DNA of 32,023 bases from Gemmatimonadota bacterium (GTDB taxonomy: Bacteria > Gemmatimonadota > Gemmatimonadetes > Gemmatimonadales > GWC2-71-9): assembly GCA_039588295.1 (NCBI GenBank), contig JBDHAB010000033.1, positions 1-32,023 of the forward strand. The letters are read 5' to 3'. Shown here one piece after another: positions 27,683 to 32,023 of this stretch. Within the stretch, counting starts at the first letter, position 1. Every line of letters starts with the position of its first letter. Below the pieces are notes generated by a model that was not told the origin of the DNA, did no database searches, and saw only the letters and a program-made list of their open reading frames with translations. The translations under genes were made by a program, and so were the position numbers.

Positions 27683-29266
27683 ATGAAGCGCCTGCATCCA
27701 CGCTGGTTCACCGTCTCCTTCAGTGTCGCGATGGTATTGGCCGTCGCCGTCTCCTGCGGCAGAGCGCCCGAGCCCGTGAGCGTCGCTGCGCTCGTCCAGG
27801 ACGCCCAAGCGCCGGTGACCGTGACCTACAATCCGCTGACCGGGAGACCGAGCTTCATTCGGGGCCGGATTCCCGTCACGGCGTTCGGGCTGCGCACGGC
27901 TGACACCACCGAAGCGGTCTCGTACGGGGTAATGAGCCGGTACGCCGGCGTGTTCGGGCTGGACAGTGCCGAGCAAGACCTGGAGTACCTCGAGTCGCGC
28001 GTCGACGCGCTTGGCATGCGTCATATGACCCTCAAGCAGGTCCACCAAGGCGTCGATGTCTACGCGGCCCGAGTCTCGGTCCACTTAGCCCCGCAAGGGG
28101 GAATCATCGCGGCCGTGAGCAGTAACGCGGTCCCCAATGTCCGCGTGCCCACGACGCAACCCGACTTGAGCGAGGACTCGGCGCGGGCCATCGCTGGCAG
28201 GCAGCTGCCGAACGGCGCTCCGATTTCGTCTCGGCTGACCGTGTACCCAGGTTCGCGGCGAGAGTCGGACGCCGACTTGGCGTGGATCGTCGAGGTCCGC
28301 GACGACTCGGTTCCCGCTCGGTACGACTACGTCATTGACGCGAGTCGCGGGAGGATTCTCGACGTCCTCGATCGCCTGTACACCAGCCGCAATCGCCTGA
28401 CCTACGATGCCAACGGTGGAACGGTGCTCCCCGGGACGCTGAGTCGCAACGAGGCCAGCGGGCCCGTTGGAGATGCCGATGTCGATTCTGCACACGCCTT
28501 CGTTGGTCAAACGTACGATTACTTCGCGAACGCTCACGGTCGGGATAGCTATGACAATGCAGGGGCGACGCTGACTTCGACCGTCCACTACAGCGTCAAC
28601 TACCAGAATGCCTTTTGGAACGGCATTCAGATGGTGTTTGGTGACGGGTTCGCCGTCGAGGACGTGACAGCCCACGAGCTCACGCACGCGGTGACGGAAA
28701 GGACAGCGGATCTGGAGTACAAATGGCAGTCTGGCGCTCTGAATGAGAGCTTCTCCGACATCTTCGGGGCGATGGTGGATCGAGAGGACTGGATCATGGG
28801 AGAGGATCTCCCGATCGGCGCCATTCGCGATCTGTCCAATCCCGGAGCCTTCGGGCAACCGGATCACACGAGTGGCTGGGTGAGGACCTGTAACGACAAC
28901 GAGGGAGTCCACACGAACAGTGGAATCCCCAACAAGGCCTTCGTGAACGTCGCAGCTAGCATCGGCAAGGGCGACGCCGAACAAATCTTCTATCGGGCGT
29001 TGACGGTATACCTTCACCCACAGGCGACGCTGGAGGACGCACGCTCGGCCGCGCTTCAGGCCGCAGAGGACCTCTTCGGCGCCTCTAGTACCCAGGTTCA
29101 GGCGGTGGACACCGGATTCAACGCGGTTGGACTGGACGGAACCTTCCAGCCCGCAGCCAACAACTGCGGGGTGCCGGATCTCTCGCTCGTCGGGTTCATC
29201 GTGCTGCTGGCGCTGATCGGTCTCGCTGCGATGCTGCGGGCACGAAGAGCGAACGCGTTGACCTAG
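27683..29266 (+). CDS. M4 (thermolysin-type) metalloprotease with FTP/PepSY propeptide, N-terminal lipobox-like signal and C-terminal exosortase sorting signal
   Basis: GGAGGAGG RBS, LAVAVSC. FTP-like DALGMRHMTLKQVHQGVDVY, PepSY-like YVIDASRGRIL. NAFWNG, HELTH, GALNESFSD, EGVHTNSGIPN. Tail VPDLS + TM helix + RARR. Confidence 0.93.
   Translation: MKRLHPRWFTVSFSVAMVLAVAVSCGRAPEPVSVAALVQDAQAPVTVTYNPLTGRPSFIRGRIPVTAFGLRTADTTEAVSYGVMSRYAGVFGLDSAEQDLEYLESRVDALGMRHMTLKQVHQGVDVYAARVSVHLAPQGGIIAAVSSNAVPNVRVPTTQPDLSEDSARAIAGRQLPNGAPISSRLTVYPGSRRESDADLAWIVEVRDDSVPARYDYVIDASRGRILDVLDRLYTSRNRLTYDANGGTVLPGTLSRNEASGPVGDADVDSAHAFVGQTYDYFANAHGRDSYDNAGATLTSTVHYSVNYQNAFWNGIQMVFGDGFAVEDVTAHELTHAVTERTADLEYKWQSGALNESFSDIFGAMVDREDWIMGEDLPIGAIRDLSNPGAFGQPDHTSGWVRTCNDNEGVHTNSGIPNKAFVNVAASIGKGDAEQIFYRALTVYLHPQATLEDARSAALQAAEDLFGASSTQVQAVDTGFNAVGLDGTFQPAANNCGVPDLSLVGFIVLLALIGLAAMLRARRANALT
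29171..29266 (+). other. IPTL-CTERM-like C-terminal sorting signal of the M4 protease
   Basis: VPDLSLVGFIVLLALIGLAAMLRARR: signature motif, hydrophobic helix and basic cluster, lying 5 nt upstream of an exosortase gene. Confidence 0.78.
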
Positions 29267-29271
29267 GGCGG

Positions 29272-29886
29272 GTGCAAATGCGGAGTGGTCTCGGATCCGC
29301 GGCATGGTTCGCGGTGCTGACATGGCTGATTGCGATCATTCTCCTGCCGTACAGTTCCGCGAGCCCGGTGAACGTGCTCGAGCCGTTTGCCACACTCGTC
29401 GCGCACCTCACCCAGTCGGCGCTCGGCTGGGTTGGGGTGGGCGCGTTGCGCGCAGGGACGTTCCTCTATGTCCCCGGGGTGTTCGAGTACGAGATCCGCG
29501 CCGGGTGCACGGGCATTCTACCGGCTGCGGTGCTGACCGTGGCGATTGTGGCGTCCCCTGGGAACGACGTGGCGAAGCGGTGGGGTCTGATCGTCGGGGT
29601 ACCGTTGGTGCTCGCGGTCAACCTGCTCCGACTACTGCATCTGTTCTACCTCGGCGTCCACGCACCGCAGCACTTTGCACTGGCCCACTCCGTCCTGTGG
29701 GAGGGCACGATTGTGCTCTGCACGTTCGCCGTATGGCTCGCGTGGGCAAGGTATGCGCCCTCGTTCAGCGGTTTCCCGCGACGGAGTGACCCGCCGCCTG
29801 GGCGTGGGAAGCAGCTGTGCGGGGTGAGACTCGGCGGTCAGCGCCTCTTGTCGGCGAGCCCATTGAGGAATACGATGAGCGGCTGA
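29272..29886 (+). CDS. Exosortase/archaeosortase family protein (XrtH-like)
   Basis: Multi-TM protein with the Cys-Arg-His triad: EIRAGCTG, AVNLLRL, FALAHSVLWE. Start is GTG 29272 or ATG 29278. Confidence 0.85.
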   Translation: MQMRSGLGSAAWFAVLTWLIAIILLPYSSASPVNVLEPFATLVAHLTQSALGWVGVGALRAGTFLYVPGVFEYEIRAGCTGILPAAVLTVAIVASPGNDVAKRWGLIVGVPLVLAVNLLRLLHLFYLGVHAPQHFALAHSVLWEGTIVLCTFAVWLAWARYAPSFSGFPRRSDPPPGRGKQLCGVRLGGQRLLSASPLRNTMSG

Positions 29887-30329
29887 AGCTCCGCTGGAAT
29901 CGCCGTATCCATCATGCGGATCTTGCGACCCCGGTAGATCACCACGTACTCGAAGAGATCTGCCCCGGTCCGAGGCGGTAGGTACTCCTCCCGCAGACTG
30001 GGGAACTCGATGCTCTCGAGCAGCGAACGGAGTTGCGCAAGACTGTCGGTGCCAATCGTGAAATCCAGTTCGGTCCCTCTGTGGGTGAGGTGCGCCGTGC
30101 CGTCGGCGTTGACGACCAGTTGGTCATCGCGTCCCATGATGCCCCCGGAGCGCCGATACTCGACCAGGGCAGAGGCCTGAGGATTCACTGTTGCACAGCC
30201 TGTAATGGCGTAGAAGACCAGTAGCGTCGAGGCCCAACAAAGCGTCGAGCTGGAAAGCAATGCGCCCAAGTCATTGCGCCGACGACCCACCACCGAGCCG
30301 GTCGAGCCCGAAGGTACCATGTCAGTCAT
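29838..30329 (-). CDS. Lipoprotein with an emfourin (M4 protease inhibitor)-like domain
   Basis: GGAGGGG RBS before ATG 30329, lipobox AITGC. VEYRRSGGIMG...GADLFEYVVIY...DTAIPAELQPLIVFL recalls the emfourin pattern RSGGxxG...AD.f.Y...P..l.pL. Confidence 0.68.
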   Translation of the reverse strand: MTDMVPSGSTGSVVGRRRNDLGALLSSSTLCWASTLLVFYAITGCATVNPQASALVEYRRSGGIMGRDDQLVVNADGTAHLTHRGTELDFTIGTDSLAQLRSLLESIEFPSLREEYLPPRTGADLFEYVVIYRGRKIRMMDTAIPAELQPLIVFLNGLADKRR

Positions 30330-30598
30330 GCGCCCCCTCCAACCGTCTGTTGCCTTGCCTGTCGTCATTGGAGCGTATCCCAGGAGCGACGCGCCAGTCA
30401 AGTACCTTCATGCATGTTCCGGCCAAACCGGCAGCGGGCACTGCCGGCGACTCGCCCAATCGTCCCACCACTGGACGGTTCCCCGAGTCGGCCGTATCAT
30501 CGCGGTTGCACGCGTCGCCGACGGGTGTGCTGTGAGGCGCAACCACTGCCGGAGTTGTCTCCGAGTCGTGAGCCGCAATACCCGATTGACGCCTACTC

Positions 30599-31048
30599 CT
30601 AAGGCAGGGTGAGCTTGGAGAAATGGTACTGCACGATCTTCCAACTGCCGCCCTCCCGGATACGGGTCTCGGAGTATCGCCACGACCCAACCTCAGGCGC
30701 CCCGCCGGGCAGGGTCAGCGAGCCGTCCGCATACGCGACCCCCACCGCAATGTCGCCGAGGACTCTCACGTCGATGTCACGCAACTCCATCTCGGCCCGG
30801 AACCCCGCTTCGTACGCCGCCGCGAGCGCCGCCGCATTGAAGCCTCGTGCCAGCGTACCACCACCAAACAGAAAACCGCGCACCTCCTCGTGGTAGGACT
30901 GTGCAAACCGATCGAAGTCCCCGTTGCTCCAGGAAGCGAGTGTCTCCAACATCGCGGCGCGGACTTCCTCCTCCTGCGCGACCGCGGTGGCGGTATGGAT
31001 TGCAAGCACGCACGCAACAACGGCGAAGAGCCTGGACCACCGTCTCAT
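30599..31048 (-). CDS. Exported NTF2/SnoaL-like (DUF4440) protein
   Basis: GGAGGG RBS, signal peptide ending AVAQ, WSNGDFDRFAQSY, DVRVLGDIAV, terminal GGSWKIVQYHFS typical of the NTF2-like fold. Confidence 0.85.
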   Translation of the reverse strand: MRRWSRLFAVVACVLAIHTATAVAQEEEVRAAMLETLASWSNGDFDRFAQSYHEEVRGFLFGGGTLARGFNAAALAAAYEAGFRAEMELRDIDVRVLGDIAVGVAYADGSLTLPGGAPEVGSWRYSETRIREGGSWKIVQYHFSKLTLP

Positions 31049-31136
31049 GATATCCCTCCATCAGCAGAACCGTTGCTGACCAAGGTGAACTCCCAAGCTG
31101 GCGGGCGCCAGATGGCGCGCCGGCGCGAGAACTAGC

Positions 31137-32023
31137 TTGGTGACTCGATCGGCCTGGATCTTCACCGGGCTCGGCGCGGTGAGCGTGATCGTGGTGCTTG
31201 GGGCAATCGATCTCTCCCCTCGGGTGGAGAGCGATTTCTTCTTCTCGCGGGACGACCCGCAGCTCCGGACGTCGGTAGAGATTGAGCGTCGCTTTCCCTC
31301 TCCTCCGGAAATCATCATGCGGGTGGAGGGACCGGACGTTGAGGCAGCTACCTACGTAGCCGCGATCCGGACGCTGACCGCCGACCTCCGTGAAGTCCAA
31401 GGCCTCACGGGTGTCTACAGCATCACGACCGAGGATGCGTCTCCGAGCCCGCTTTGGTCCCGACTCCTGCTCACACCGGGGCAGGCCACCAACCTGGTGC
31501 TCCTCACGGACGACAGCGATCCCGAAGTCCTCGTCCCCAGAATCGAGGCGGTGGTTCGCCGCATGCAGACTGCGGAACTGGACGTGAAGATGTCCGGAGT
31601 TCCCTACGTTGTGGAACTCATTCGACGTAGCCTGTTCCGCGACCTGGTCGTCTTCAGTCTGGCAGCGTTGGCTGTCTTTGGACTCGTGATCGGTGCGGTC
31701 TACCGAGACGGACGGATTGTGCTGGGAACGATGACGGCGTGTGTCATGGCGTGCGCGCTGACGATCTCTACCGCCCACGTCCTCGGCATCGCGATTGGCC
31801 TGCTGACGGCGAACATCGCGACGATCGTCTTCGTGCTCACGCTCTCACACATGGTGTTCATCACTTCCAACTGGCAGCGGAGCCTACCGTCGGTCGAGCC
31901 CGGCGGGCCCGATCCCGTCCACCAGGCGGTGCGGCTGACTGCCTGGCCGTCGTTCTGGTGCATGTTCACCACCCTGAGCGGCTTCCTGAGCCTGCTTGTC
32001 GCGTCGGCGAGACCACTCCGGGA
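31137..32023 (+). CDS. MMPL/RND-family exporter, N-terminal part (runs off the window; start uncertain)
   Basis: Absent from the ORF track because it has no stop in the window. Translated by eye: TM helix, DLSPRVESDFFFSRDDPQL, SGVPYVVELIRRSLFRDLVVFSLAALAVFGLVIGAVYRD, further TM helices, CMFTTLSGFLSL. Confidence 0.82.
   Translation, partial: MVTRSAWIFTGLGAVSVIVVLGAIDLSPRVESDFFFSRDDPQLRTSVEIERRFPSPPEIIMRVEGPDVEAATYVAAIRTLTADLREVQGLTGVYSITTEDASPSPLWSRLLLTPGQATNLVLLTDDSDPEVLVPRIEAVVRRMQTAELDVKMSGVPYVVELIRRSLFRDLVVFSLAALAVFGLVIGAVYRDGRIVLGTMTACVMACALTISTAHVLGIAIGLLTANIATIVFVLTLSHMVFITSNWQRSLPSVEPGGPDPVHQAVRLTAWPSFWCMFTTLSGFLSLLVASARPLR

Noticed and set aside
1968..29323. Long antisense ORFs (e.g. 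1968-3512, 12790-14130, 15767-17200, 23300-24529, 28085-29323)
   Set aside because: These are shadow ORFs opposite well-supported genes, expected in high-GC DNA, and show no recognisable motifs.
1..32023. CRISPR arrays, tRNA/rRNA, IS elements, selenocysteine read-through
   Set aside because: I saw no periodic repeats, cloverleafs, transposase motifs or in-frame TGA at catalytic positions.

Overview
GC-rich bacterial window. The gene style (many lipoproteins and Tat exports, short beta-barrel proteins) suggests a diderm such as Gemmatimonadota, but this is inference. About 26 CDSs can be supported; no rRNA, tRNA, CRISPR array or mobile element was recognised. Left part: GH4 glycosidase C-terminus, Zn-alcohol dehydrogenase, a membrane/spermidine-synthase-like fusion, a pair of large exported putative glycan-active proteins, and a translationally coupled threonine dehydratase-pcm-AmmeMemoRadiSam radical SAM operon that ends in a beta-barrel gene split at a G9 tract. 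Middle part: serine hydrolase, lipoproteins, a DRG-type GTPase, and a Tat-exported TIM-barrel / NapC-tetraheme-FGE-fusion / Gfo-Idh-MocA operon. Right part: htpX, an orphan Nif11-type precursor peptide, a frameshifted Tox-MPTase3-like zincin, and a compact module of a thermolysin-type M4 protease with a C-terminal IPTL-CTERM-like sorting signal, an adjacent exosortase and a convergent lipoprotein resembling the M4 inhibitor emfourin. The window ends in an MMPL transporter. The strongest candidates for undescribed systems are the M4/exosortase/emfourin-lipoprotein module and the NapC-FGE periplasmic redox operon. All family calls come from motif recognition by eye, without database searches.
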